NCBI GenBank assembly: GCA_002633005.1
Contig: NMRA01000306.1
Location: 358,447-422,446 of the forward strand
From: Phoronis australis
Taxonomy: Eukaryota > Animalia > Phoronida
Length of the DNA stretch: 64,000 bases
Reading direction: 5' to 3'
The position numbers and the translations under genes were made by a program. Below the pieces are notes generated by a model. The model saw only the letters and a list, made by a program, of their open reading frames with translations. It ran no database searches and was not told the DNA's origin. Of the stretch, positions 39,421-53,249 are shown piece after piece. Numbering within the stretch: position 1 is the first letter of the stretch; each line of letters starts with the position of its first letter.

Positions 39421-39990
39421 AAACTCGATCCCCGAGTGAAATGAAAACCAAAAGCATCTGATATAAATATCTGTCCTTTCTCGCTGAGTGACATTAACTT
39501 TTCCTTTCAGAAGAAAGGCTTTATACTAATGGTAAAAACTTTTCTCATGTGGAATGACATTCAGTGACTGCATCGATTGTCTTATTGTCAGTGAAAAGCC
39601 CCGTTAATGTTACACTTCGATGATCGAATAACATTTTCATCAACAGGCATGTTTGTCACTAATTATTCAAACCACAATAATTTCTTCAGTTTTAAAGCTC
39701 CATACAGTGCAGTTGTGCTGCTTCTATATAAAGCTGAAGTGATTACCCATTACGCTTGCGAATTATCGTTTTCCTGTTGACCTACAGAAATGTCCGGCGA
39801 TCAAAACGAAGTATTCCCTTTGTTTGCATTTGATTTGTTTGTGTGTGAAGCAATTTCGAGAGCTTTCTTAAGAAGGCCTTTGAACAGTTTTAAGTTTTGT
39901 GATAACTTGTCTATAACAAGAGTTCCGCATGGAAGCAAAGTGTGTTTTGAATCGTACAATGTAGCTAGCTGGATAAGAATTTGCTATGCA
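39420..39990 (-). pseudogene. Harbinger/ISL2EU-type DDE transposase fragments
   Basis: NLKLFKGL, LYGALKLKKLLWFE*LVTNMP and KLMSLSEKGQIFISDAFG resemble the conserved blocks FYTGL, IxWPSRE...MP and ISPxGxIxFISxxxGG. Confidence 0.5.
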
Positions 39991-40781
39991 CAAAATTCGA
40001 GAATAAACAATAATCAGTGTATTTAAAACAAAATGGCAAACTGAAAATCAACATACATACAAAGGAACATTATTAGTTAAAAACAGTTGTTCAACTCTCT
40101 CAGGTTATTGCTGAAGGACTGCTTTTCACTTTGTCGAAAGGTAAAATAGACGGTAAGGCGGCTGGTTTCAGTAGTTTTCTCTAACCTGTAACAGAATAGT
40201 CAGAGAAATATAAGCAAATTATAAAAGAAAGCACAAGACGAAACTACTTTTGTAAGGTAGAACGTACTTAACATTTCGTCTTCATGTTTATGAGTAGAAA
40301 CTAATAAACTTTGTACCCAAGCCTAATTTAAGATCTGAATAAATTTAAATAAGTGAAACAGGCTAAAAGTGATTTAGGAATGTGCATTTTTATGACACCT
40401 AAAATGTGTTTTTCAGCTCTAAAAATAATAAAATTCATTCTAGGTGTCAGTATTTATTCCAGTGCAATGTTACAAATTTACTGCATAGCTCATTCATGTT
40501 AAATCGGTAACTAGAGGTTGGGGTCTGCTATAAAATAAGGAAACTCACTCATCTAGAGAATTTTATTGGACATAGCATAGTTTTGAAGAGTAACAGCAGT
40601 GAAAAAGTCACCCATGACCTCTTATATTGGGAGCACTATAACCTTGGACAAATTTTATGTGAATATGTGCTGCTGGCCTACCATCCTGGTCCAGAGTGAG
40701 TTTCTGAAGAGAAACACTTAGTTCCACTGAATAAACCCGTAACTAAACGATGTCGATAGAAACTAAGTGCTAAAAACTTAC

Positions 40782-40985
40782 CAAGTAACGTGATTATGTA
40801 GTATCAATGGAAATGAATAGAGCACACACACGCTGCGTGAGGCTTCGGCATCCACACACTTTTTGTCACTTGGTTGACCCTTTTGATCGCAATTCTCCAG
40901 GCCTGTAGTAACCTTAGGTCTTTTGGGAATCTGTGACCACCTGTCGAAGATTTGCACCCGGAAAAAAGCACTAATAAGGGTTAGC
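40782..40985 (-). pseudogene. THAP domain exon of the ISL2EU-like transposase
   Basis: GCKSSTGGHRFPKDLRLLQAWRIAIKRVNQVTKSVWMPKPHAACVCSIHF, followed by a GTAAG donor at 40781. Not in the supplied ORF track. Confidence 0.85.
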
Positions 40986-43900
40986 GCGGCGACGTATTTT
41001 GATAACAATTCCTTCTTTTTACCAGCTGTTTACATGCAGACAGCGATGCATGCGCAATTCATGCAACAATAGTACAGCACCGACTGCGCCTCGAATTGCC
41101 CCATTTGAATGCTTTTTGCTATACTATCAACATTTTATACCATAGGCTTTGAATAAGGCGAGTGCAATACGGCCAGTTGATATTGTTTTCCGTATTGCAC
41201 TTCCGGGACTACTTCAACAGTGCTCTCTGACAAAAGGTGGGTCAAGGTGATTTACTCGTCGTTAGCCGGTTCGATCATCAAACTTTCCCAAAATATCTTA
41301 AAGTAATAAAATTACAGCAGTCAATGTGCAATCAGGTCTCAAACGTAACATCTGGTACAAAATTGTTAATTATATGACACTTCTGCCTCACTTTTATTGC
41401 TGAATATCATACCGTCTGCAACTCGGGCGCCGATTCCTCGGTAACTACAATATTAGATATTGTCGTTATTTAATTATTTTCCGGAAATGTTAAAAGTTCA
41501 ATGCGCAATTATATTACCGTTGTTTTCATCTGTGTTATCTCTTTTGAAGTGAAATATCGTTACATTTAAAAATGTTTCTTTATTAGAGAAGACTTGTAAC
41601 CTATCGCGCAGGTATATATATATACATAGGGTGTGATCCGCCATCGGAACAGTCTGGGTGAAGTATTTAGAAAATCTGCCGACAAAATGAAAGGAACTTA
41701 CGAATTCAAGGTGTATGGGATAAATACAAAACCTACCTCGATTGGCGTAGATGAAGTAATATTCTACAAGATTTTATTCTGCGTATCGACCGCGACCCAA
41801 GGTCGAGGTCGGTACGCGGAATACCGTCTCGTTGGTGTATATATTGTGACAGTGTAAACTTCACTGTACAAGTCTTCCGGCGCGCTAATAAGAATCGGAA
41901 CGTTTGCCAATGTGCCGGCACCTACCGCATTTGGACGGATAGAAACTGCCAAGTTGCTTGGAAAGCACTCTACTACGTTTACGGCTAACGAATTTTGTAT
42001 AACCACGCTTTTAAAGAGTTGGCACGATAAAAACATAACCCTTGTGGAAGGATAATAAAAACTACTGCACTATCCTTCTCTCTCATAAAAATAACTAGCT
42101 GTAAGATGTGCCCAAATGGCTCATTTATAGATTTCTGGACCCGTCAAGTTCGTCCTGTCGTATCGAACCTGGCAGTAATCAACCCCAATGTTAGCGGCAT
42201 CTCCTACATGTATATACACCCACGTACAGCTCAGTTGAAGTGCCCTCGGTTGGTTGGAGTTATTGTTTTGTAAACATCAATGACCATGTGTTTTTTTCAA
42301 TATTCGGATGACTTGGAATCACGTACAGTTTTCACTCTCACCTATCAATGCGAGATACGCGCAGTCGCTATTTCATCACCCCAACAACGGTAAAGAAAAG
42401 GCGACTAACGCCTAACAAGGCACGGTTAGCACTTAGCTGAGGTTCTGTATATGTAAATCTCTCATTATTCTGACGCTGTGACAATAATACGATAAGAACA
42501 CTCCCTTGGATAATGATAACAATGATAAACCCATTTAAGTACCTCTTTGCAAAAGATGCTGGTAAATTCGACGACGGAAAAATGTGGCCAAAGCCTAGGG
42601 ACGAGCGTGCATGCAAAAGTGAACCACTCAGTTTTTACAGGCATCTTCTAAAGCAACGTCATAGTGTTCTTATCGCTTGCTTGAGTCTAAATTGTCACAG
42701 TTTGGCATTCCCGCGACGGACATAGTTCGGCGGTATGCAAATTCACTAGTCAGGTCTTAAACAATAGCAAACCGTCAGTATTTTTCAAGCCAATCATTCC
42801 TAATCTGAGTTAGCAGCAAGATGATATCGATTTTATAGCAGCTAGCCTTAGTCAAAAGTGGCTTTTCCACAGAAGACGTGGGTCTTCAACATTAGGCTAA
42901 CAGAAAGTTGATTAATTGAAGCTTCCCATTACGTAGCCTCGTTCCAGCCTAAGTGGCCAGTCGGTTTCGTGCAAGCCGTAAGTTCAGGGTTATTTCGGAC
43001 TGTAATGACTTCCTTATTTGAAAATTCACATCTTATCGTGACAGGTCTCGCATCGGTCCTGGACGTAAACCAACATTAGTGTACTGTACTACTTAGATCC
43101 GACCAGGTTACCTCCATGATATTACCACATGTGGCAGTTTCAGACGAAAAAGAAGCACGGAATCATCTTGCAATATAAAAATTGGCCGTGATAATTGACT
43201 ACATTTCTGGTTCCCTTTCTCCCAAATTGTCCTTGGTCGAACTACTTTGAGCGGACTGATTCAAAAAATGCCGTCGATTTAAACGGCGTGTTGCCGTTTT
43301 TGTTGGGCCTTCTCGTGTACCCGGTGACAGCAAAGTAGCATACGCGAACAGTGAGATTATAGGCATGAAATTAACAGCAAAAAGACAATTGTTGTCATGT
43401 GGAGACCAATCTGTGACGGGGATCAGTTTTCTTTATCAAGCATGACTCAGAATATATCGTAGTCGTCTTGTCCCTAAGTAATATGTAACATGGCTTAATG
43501 TTCACCTTCTCCCTGTTATCAAACTAAAAGCACAGCTTTGTTTCTCGGCCGAGATCAGAAAATCATACACTATTCCAGCCTATTTCCTTGACCTGTGTTC
43601 CTGCGCATCAGTTCAGGAACGATACCTGAATGACGGTCATGTTGTCCTTGAACACGCATTGATACATGTATCACCGTGAGCGTAAATGCGTTGGTATTTT
43701 GTTTGGCTCTTTTTGATTCTCATTTTGGTTCTTCTTATACAAATGTAATTATCCATTTTCCAAATTTCACCTGTTCTTTGCATATCACTAATCGTGTTTA
43801 ATGCATAATCATAAGTTTGTTAAGTACGTAGCATCTCCCGCAGCCAAAAATCGGCTACAGAGGTCAGCATGACACATCGCGAGGGTACGTCAAATTTCAG

Positions 43901-46900
43901 CAACAGTACTTGTTTGGGTACTAAATTAAAGGAACAAATCTTGATCACCAAATGTCTTATCTTCATCGCCATTTCGTGAAACTGATGCAAAGTACCACCC
44001 TGGAGTGAGCAATTGCCGTGTGGACTATCCGGACGTGTGAGCGCAGTGCGTACTTGGCAACACATCGGCACCGGCTTTACTGACCGTTAAAATGCAGTAG
44101 AAAAAAGAACAGCCACACACGGCGAATTTTTAAGGAAAATAAATTTTATAACGTGACAAAAACTTACAATATATAATTTGTTGTCTAAATGTAACAATTC
44201 CGCCACACACTCAGTAAAACACGATTAGCTTATAGTCGGCCTTGTTATCCAACGGTTGGCAGAGGTCTAGTCCGTGACTACATGTATATCCAAGCGTCTG
44301 AAACTGTTTTTGTAGGCATACGGCATTTATGACTTGAACCATTTATTATTAATAAAACAGCCGGCGACCGCATGCTTTTGCTAGTGCTGGTCTCGGTCTG
44401 CACTGGGTCATTGGCTGCAGGTGCGAGTCCGGCAAAATAATTTTTGACAAAATATATTTGCTACATTTTGTCATTATGTTGAATACAAATTGTCCTTTCT
44501 TGGTTTAATTAGAGTTAAGGTCCACCGACGATTATTTAATCCCCGTTTGCAGAGTGGTAACAGACACTGCTCCAGTTGCACAGCCAGTGTTCTTGAGTCT
44601 GGGTTCTTGAATGAATTATACTTCCGGTTTCGCGATTAGTTCAAAATTGCGGTGTGTTCTTCGGGTCAGAATCATGAGTGGCGCCTTTATTTAAACTTTC
44701 TTCTGCTACGAACTATGTATTGGTTATGAGATGGGCACTGCTTGGTTCCTGATATCTTCTTCAAAACATTTAATAAAGGCTAAAAACGCGTGCATCTATG
44801 ACTTCAATGGTCAAATTTTCAGTCAAATACATGATCACCACCTATGACAAATATGTTAGCACCGAAAGTATTTTACTTTAGCCAAGTTAAAGCATGGAAG
44901 GTTGCGAACACCGGCACATGTTTTCGCCCGATCGACAGCATGTGTCGAGAGCGACAATGTACTACATGTACGTCGCATTAGCATTTTCCTGTATCACTCC
45001 ATGCAGTCAAACATAAAACGGATTTTGATGAATTTTTAGAATAGGACGCGGATAGATAACAAAGCAGTAAAAGCACAATGGACTTGATATATAAAAATGA
45101 GTGTAGGGTCTGATGTCCTTTGCGGTGCGTCAGACGTGCGCACGGGAGAAAAGGATGGGCCGAGTGCACAAAAAACTGAGCTAAACTCACGAAAACCCTT
45201 CAATCGATCAACAGGTCCTGAATTCAATTTTCAAGTCCACCTGTTTAGATTTTTTTCCAGTTGCTGCAATGCATAATATGTTATGGATATGTAATAGTGC
45301 CTGCAGTCGGGAGCTTGTTCTTTAGCTTACGAAAAACTGGGCAAGACTCAGCCACATATTAAGGACTTTCAACGTCGGCACCACACAGGCTAGGTTACAC
45401 ACACAGAAGCCTCTTGAATGACGTTTCTAGCGTCTTATAGTTCATGACACAGAAGGTTTTTGAACATTATCTTTTGTTTGTGGAAATTTCGATTCATGCA
45501 CAGTAGATACTTCACATGTACGTTTATCAAAGCTATACTCGTTAAATTTAATTCCAATGCGATCGATATTGATGTACCTAAAGCGTACACTCATTTAGAT
45601 AAAAATGTCATCTACATGACTTTATACTTAGTACACTAGGACAATGACGAGACTTCAGGAAACGTTTCCTGTGCCCACAGATCAAATTTGTTTCAATTGG
45701 AAATTTGAACAGTACACTAATTTCATTTTAGTTAGAAGTCTACCACAGAGACAGCACAGTTTCATGGTGTATTATTCTAGGTATGTAACGTTTGTTTATC
45801 GGTACGTGACTCTCTTTTCAAGTCAACGATTGCTGTCCAAGGTGTGCTATTCTTATTCTTTCCTCAACAATAACACCTGACGAACAACAGCGTCCCTCGA
45901 TCACGAACACTTTGTCTCCTACACCTGATCACGACATGTTAAGTTTCCAACAGAATACATTAATGAATTATACTTCTTCCGGGTTTTATGCGTGAAAAAC
46001 TTTTCCATCATGGCGACATACTGTACAGCCACTGTCCACCCAGTAACCAATCAGCCAATTGATTCATAACCTTTCTTTGTCTTACTGCACCCACTGAAGA
46101 TGAACTGCGCTCCGTCCTGAAAAAACGGAACAAGACATTGCTTAATAAATTCCATCAGCCCTGGCTTTGGTTTACTCAATGTGGTGGATATACAGGTACG
46201 GGGTGATGAGGTTCAAAACCCCCAGAGGACACGACCAAAAAGGAAATAAAAGGCGCTGCCACTACAAATATCGTCGACAGCATGAGTAAACCCCATCGGC
46301 AATGTCCTAGATCCGCTACCGCACTCGACTGTAAAATATTCAAATAGCCACAATCCCGCATTTCGTCCAACAATCCAACTTTTTGATTGACACTACAGTG
46401 TACATACCGCTATGTAATTGGTGTTATTGCTCTAATGAGCACATATTTTCATATTCAAGATTCCTATAAGACCGGAGATGCAAATTCATCACAAGCATGC
46501 CAGGCAAGGTTAGTGGCGTGGCTTATATCTAAGAGTGCTTATTGTGTTCTCGAGTAGAGTAGCTGTTGTACATGTATGTGTAGGCCGCTAGGTGGAGGAC
46601 AGTCGAGCGTTCAGCCACGTTTGATCGTGAAAGCAAAGATTATGATTATTTCATTGTACAATATCTATGTTTGTTTGGCAATTGAGCGTTAGCTGAAGCA
46701 AGCGATTCTTTATATTATTTCTGGCGCAAAGCTTTTAAAGATATTGTTATTAAATTATAAAAAGAAGTTAATCGTTTGTTCACATGTACTACAATTATAC
46801 TAATGACGTCTACTGCCGGGCAACATAGTTCGGGCTCGGTTGAACTGAAGCTGTGGAGATGATTAAGATAACGTCATTTTGACGTCATTATGACGTTTTG

Positions 46901-47591
46901 GACCCAGTGTGGCGGCGTGTCTATTCTTATTTTTGGTCCAGTTTGCATCATCTACTGCCATGACACGTCATCACTTAGCATTCGAGTACATTGGACAGCA
47001 ACAATGACGTCGTATTACTACAAGTACGTGTTACGCTGCTATTGTTAAAAACCGTGTGTTTGACTTTATGCAACAATCAAAGTTATGGAGCCCAGGTTTA
47101 ACCTTTTTACTGGCTATCGACCTAGAAATTAGTTTTGGCATATTCTATTCTAGTTTGTGCGACACATAATGGCTTCGGTGGACAACTGTACTAGTGCACT
47201 TTTAAAATGATCCCATCATTAATGTTACACTGTAAAAGCTTGAAACCTCGAGGTTTTCTTGAAGTTTATTTTTCGAGCTTTTGCTCGGATCTAAGGATCA
47301 CCAAATGCGACCTTAGATAAGAAATTCATTTAAATAAACCACTAAAGTACACCAGCACACAGTAATAAACTTTCATTCCTGTCTTCCGATTTTGTACAGA
47401 AAGTAAACTTTACTTAAATTTTCAGAAAATGTGTATTGATTTTCAGTCAATTCTAGCTCTTTAAGGTATGAAAGCACAAGCTTTTTTGGCATCGTTACGA
47501 CTTATGATCAAGTGAGTATTTAAGTCACTTGAGTTGTTGTACCTTCAACTAAATCTTAGCACAGTATCTGTTGATTATTTGAGATTTGCCT

Positions 47592-47880
47592 GGCGCCTGT
47601 TTCATGAAAGAGGTTTTAAAAGACTCAACACAGAAATTTGGTCTTGTGCTAACACTTCACAATTGCTGAAAAACTGTTTAGCAATGTAATCACGACTGCG
47701 ACACAGTCAATGAATAATTTATACATGTATCATGTCAGTAACTACTCTAGCACTTAATGCGTTTATTCTCAGACTTTGTAATTTTGCTCAATTGAGATTA
47801 AATTATTTTTCAGAAATATTTTTTGGATCGAAAGACCAAATTTCAGTCTTAAGTCTTAGGTAACTTTTCACGAAAAACTC
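47592..47880. mobile_element. Decayed PIF/Harbinger-like MITE
   Basis: Inverted blocks TTTCATGAAAG...GAAATTTGGTCTT and AAGACCAAATTTC...CTTTTCACGAAA. Confidence 0.4.
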
Positions 47881-47885
47881 TAGAG

Positions 47886-49132
47886 AAACTAAACGAGAGC
47901 GCTCGGAGGAGCGACACTTGGCGGAACTAATCGAAAAGACGACGATGAGGGAGACGACGACAATCAAGACGATCACGGCGGCAATTATGAATAAGACGAT
48001 AACACGATAACATTTATGTGAATAGCGAAGAAATCAAATAGAGAGCAGACAATCAACTACAATAAAGAACAATAGATAGCCCAGCATGACGGACGAGTCA
48101 TGTCTGTTCCCACATTCTAAAATAGGTGGCGCTATTTGACAGTCTGCAAAGCAAAGTTATGTTTACAATAAGCATTTGCCCTGAAATTGTACAGTCTACA
48201 GAGAGCTATGCCACAGTAGGACACTGCTGGCTGGGTCAGTATGGGTCAACTAGGCATAACCAAAACAAAGCCAGCCAGCTGCGTGACCGAATTGGAACAA
48301 CGGTATCCGTAAATCTCGAATAAATCAAAAAGTAGACGTCGTAGCGCAAAATGGAAAATATCTTCTGAAAGCCCGTTTAAATCTCTATCTAAAATGGTAG
48401 TTTGGCAAAAATCCAAAAAACTTTCGAGAAAATTGAAAATGTGCCGGTTTTTTTGAAATTCAAAGTCAAATAACTCGAAAACGGTAAGTCTGAGAAATAC
48501 GCTCTCGCAGACTTTTTGAAAGGCCATACCTCAAGGAATCCACATGCAAAAATTCACGTCATTTGCTCTTCCCATAAAAAATGCGACAACACAGCGATTG
48601 AAACCGTGTGAACATGCTCCACAGCCGCCATCTTGGAAGTAACTTCCGGTCCAATAATTTTTTATAAAAGCTTATTAATCTCAACAAACACCTCACCAGT
48701 TTGAAAGTGATTGGTTTGCAATTGCGCCCTCTACAGGAGAAAACGTTTTTAGCCATATTTCGGGGTGCGCATGAGCCACGTCCAATATTTCCGCCATCTT
48801 TAACCGGAAGTCAACGATTTTCTGCACAGTTGTAGCACATGCGTTCTAGTATATTCGTACCGATTTTCAATTATGTAGGTTGAAACATGCGGCCTCTACA
48901 AGCATTTGACTGTGAAATCGGATACAAAATGGCCGCCACGTCCGCCATTTTGTATCCGTTCATGACCAAAAACAATAGGCTTCCAGGACTTTCTGATCTA
49001 CACGTTGTGTGCAAATTTCGTGAAAATCGGACGAAAATTGCGACCTGTAGAGTGCGAACAAAAAAAAAACAAAAAAAAAACTTGACGACAGAGCAACATA
49101 CTTGTCGGAATTCGAAGAATTCCGCCAAGTAA
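47886..49132. mobile_element. Non-autonomous Helentron/DINE-1-like element
   Basis: Subterminal inverted repeat ACTTGGCGGAA (47916) / TTCCGCCAAGT (49120). Short stem-loop CGCTC-GGAG-GAGCG near the left end and terminal hairpin ACTTGTCGGAATTC-GAA-GAATTCCGCCAAGT at the right end. Internal GAC/GAT microsatellite-like tract, A-rich junctions and no TSD. Confidence 0.65.
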
Positions 49133-50099
49133 TGACAACTTGTGAACGCAGTGAAATCATAAGAGACAAATTTACTGGCACATGCGAGTGCGAATGGTGC
49201 TAAATCATGCGAATTGAAGTGACTGTGACTTAAATATAGTATCTTAGACCATTTCGCAATAAGTGAAGTATGTACTTTTTTGTTATATTATCGCAGGTGT
49301 TTACATACCTTCACGAGATTTGGCGAGGATTTCCAGAACGAAATATTGGGAATAGCTTCCACTACACCTTCAGTGTGTTTAACGAACTTCATGTACAGGA
49401 AACCAATCAGCAAGTAGCTTACCAGCAAACACGGGAACCTATAACAATGGCATAATTATAAAGGCAAACACAATATGACTTCCTGACCCAATTACATAAA
49501 CAAACCGCTTTCCTTTTTACACCATTTATATTTTCTGAATACATTCATAATGTGTTAAATTAGACATGTCTACATAAATACAGACGTGAGGTCATACATG
49601 TAGAACTCCAGCCCTGGAATACCAACTCAGGCGCGCGTTCAGTAACGCTAGGACCTACGCTAGGACCTAGCTAAAATATGGCCAAGGTCACGTGTTCTCA
49701 TTGAGAGTTGTTTGCATTCGTTTGTCCCGATGTGTGTTATTGCTATGGAATTTACTGTCATTAAAACTTTTTGCAGCTTCGCCGTTTTTTAACCGAATTG
49801 CATGAGAACCATATCATTAGAACGCCGTTTTTTAATTCTTAATGATTATACCTGAAACAAAAGATAAATAATTTAATTGAAAATAATTATCAATTCAAAT
49901 AGCTGACATGTTTAAATCTATTCTTAAAATCAAGAGTTTTTGCAAAATGCAAAAAAGTAACAGCATGTAATAGTAACATAAAATAGAAAATAAACCGGAG
50001 GCTTTATAAATGACTAATTATGTCATCGAGGAAATAATTGTCCGAAAGATTTCTACCCAATAAAAACAAAGGTTTTAGAATATAGATATCTCACACTAG

Positions 50100-50590
50100 C
50101 TGTGGATAATTTAGTCAGGCATTCATCCGAAATTATACATCTTTACATATTATAATTAATTGGACCTTTTATTGCCGTTTGATACAATTGCATTAGTAGG
50201 TAAAAATTCAGCATGAGCTGACATTTACGAAAATTGCGATAAAATACTCCAAGTATCGATCCGAATTTTGCAGATAAAGGATTTCTGATTGATACAAAAT
50301 GGGAAAACATCAATCACTTAGCTTTGAATTGTACTGTGGATAGCTCATTACATTGGTTGCAGTGGAGGAATTTCCATAAAAGTTTAGAATTAAACTCTTT
50401 TCTTCAGAAAGCAAAAGTTAGTGATCCTGATACACGTAGTGTATGTTGCCCTAAATAAGAGACATTAAAACACAATTTTTGCGATTGTTATGTTACTAAA
50501 GAAAGTAGACTCTGGAAAACATCAATATTCATAAAAAGAGACAATGTTATCTGTTGCACACATTTTACAATGTAGATGTAACGGTCAAGA
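50100..50590 (+). mobile_element. L1/Tx1-clade LINE 3' fragment (zf-RVT region)
   Basis: WRNFHKSLELNSFLQKAKVSDPDTRSVCCPK*ETLKHNFCDC matches the CxxC...ET..H...C pattern. Confidence 0.6.
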
Positions 50591-53249
50591 ACGAAAAAAC
50601 GGAACAGTTGGATTAAAAACCGTGATTTCACGATAAACGAAAGGGGGGAAACGTTTGCCGCAACACACAAAGACGTACTGAAAGTGTTTTTTTGTTGGAC
50701 GGGAAATGTAACACCCAAAAATGCGCCACCACCATTTTCCCAATTTAAAATGATTTTCTTGTTGTGACGTTGTAAATGAGAACGAGTTCACTGAAATCGA
50801 CTGATGCCTAAAGTTGCATCCTCTACCTCGATAATAAGTATGAGCATAATCTGAAGTTCAATTTCTGAGATATCACGAACAGCAATTTCTCGATCTGACC
50901 TTGGAAACTGAAGCCAAGGTTCTTCCACGAGACATCACCCCGACACTGTTCTGAGAGACACGGACGTACAGACAAACGCATCGCGCTAAGGCATTTCTGA
51001 GGACAATAATTTTACTTGTGTATGCCCATGTAATAACAGCCTAAGAACTCTTGAAAAAACACTTCAGCCAAACTTATATACAAGTTTAAGCTTTTAATGA
51101 AGAGTGTTGTGCAATAAGAAATCATAAACCTTGTTAAATTTATGTATAACATTTTTCAAATATCTAGTATCGTTGATAATCCAGTACAAAGACAAACAAG
51201 TACAAGCATTCATTCAACCATGCACACCTCAGGAGAGACCATTCTCGTATGTCGCATAAAGTAAACAACTGCTCCACAGAGTTAGCGTGAACAATAAAAC
51301 TTTCAAATTTTACAGAGAAGCTGTCAGACACCAAATTTTTATACGCAATTTATTTTACGCATGATAGTACTCATAAGTATATGCAAAAATTGAGAATATT
51401 AAGTATATTTTTGTGACATCTTTCCTTGTAAATGTATTGTTTGGCTAGTAACAGCAAAATTTTAAATAGAAAATCATGTTTCTCCTAAAGTCCAAGAATT
51501 TTTGTATAACTTATTCAAATTAAAATAATCTTTGTTAGTGTCACATATTAACTGAATAATATATTGTATTGTGTGACGATGGCCTTGATATATTGCAATA
51601 TAGACTGACTGGGAAAGCATGAAGCCGCCGTTTTCAACATTAGCTCCTAGCCACAACGTCTGAAAGTCAATTACTACTCCCCGAGTACGAAAAGCCACAA
51701 TTGACGTCATGCGGCCTGATGGGTTCGGTTTATTTTTATAAAAAATGTGTATGACGTCGTATACTTTTCATATCAACTGTTGAAATTAAAAATAATTAGT
51801 CAGCACTATAACAATACAACAGAGGACTCCAGTATTGAACAAAGTGCTCTCAGTGATTGCGAGAACGTTTCCTGTTTATAAATTATAGTCCACTTCGATT
51901 TTTCTTCCATCATGTCATGCAGGTAGAATTCAAAGTTACATTGTCCGCGACAAAGTAGCACCTCAGAGTGGTCGCGCGTCGACCTGTGCTGTGGTAAAAT
52001 ACTTCACACGAGGCAAGCAGAGACAATGCGACAAGTAGCCGCGCCGTATTTAACCGAATAAGTTCAGCGGTCTTCATTGCATTTGATTATACCGAGTGGT
52101 TAGTAACCAACGTGGGGAATCGGCGACTTCTAATTACAAGGCACGAATGCTGCTGTTTTGTGTAGCACTGGTCTGTACTAATAATCACAAGTAGTCTATC
52201 CTATCCACCAATAATCATTAAACATGCGTTTTTCGGCCTTAGTTGAGACTGTAGCACATTAAGGGGCAGTTATATTTTGTGTGACTTAGCGGATAACTTT
52301 CTGGGCCCGTGACCCCCAAACTGTTCGGAGTCACGGGCCCAGTTTAGTAAAGATTACCAAAACTTGGCGAATCGCATCGCGTTAAGTTTACTTCAAGCAT
52401 AGCACGCAATTGGTCAGCGTTCGAGTCGAGCCTCGAGTAATGTTTGTTGATCATGGCCGCCGGAGTTTGCGGAAGACAAAGTCAATCACTGCGGTCACGA
52501 CGAAAAGCGCCATCAGCTTGTTGTTTTCAGGACTTACGTGGACGTAGGTGTTTATGCACTTCTACGACATCCCAGACATGTCAGTGAAACATCTTGGTGT
52601 ATGGCAAAATTGAAAAATAGATAAAAAAATCAACATTGAAAAGTACAATCGCTTGCTCGAAGGTGTTTGATATGTTACGAACGGAAACCCTGCTTTTATT
52701 CCAAAATAATAAAAAATTCAGGTTATAGGGAATTTCAAGCAGTTCGTTGTTCTAGAGCGATTGGTTTCAACCGAACACCTGTCCGCCGAAATACACATTG
52801 TAATCTCCCATTTTGTATTAACGACGATATTTCTGCCATCGTCAAGATTTCGCACCCTCTTGGCAGGAACGTAATGCTGTATTGCTATGCTCGAAGTTGT
52901 TTTCAGTTCTCTGCCAATCTTATCCGCGATCTCGTTTAGCTTATCGAATACAAGTTGAATGCGAGTTTATCGATCGTTCCAAACAAGTCATTGGGAGAGA
53001 AATTTAATTACATCCGTCAAATATGAGCGTAAGTGCAAGGTACTGGCTATGGATGTGCCTTTTCGTGACACTTAATCAGTCCATCACTTTCTGATAGACA
53101 GTTATATTAAGGGGTTTTAATGGAAGTTTTAGTGCAGCCTGGAATCGGTTAGATAGCAATTGGCTGGGATGAATTTGGAGAGCAATAGATGATTGAGGAG
53201 TTAAGCCCAGATTCTTGCAAAAATTATGGAAATTCGTGCAAAGCATGAA

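Larger units (their letters stand above)
36398..41102. mobile_element. ISL2EU/Harbinger-like DNA transposon relic with two convergent genes, interrupted by Kolobok copy 2
   Basis: Termini GGGGCTATTC / GAATTGCCCC, both flanked by ATT. The + strand has a SAP-like exon and a YqaJ-like exon. The - strand has a THAP exon and Harbinger-type DDE fragments. Confidence 0.65.
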
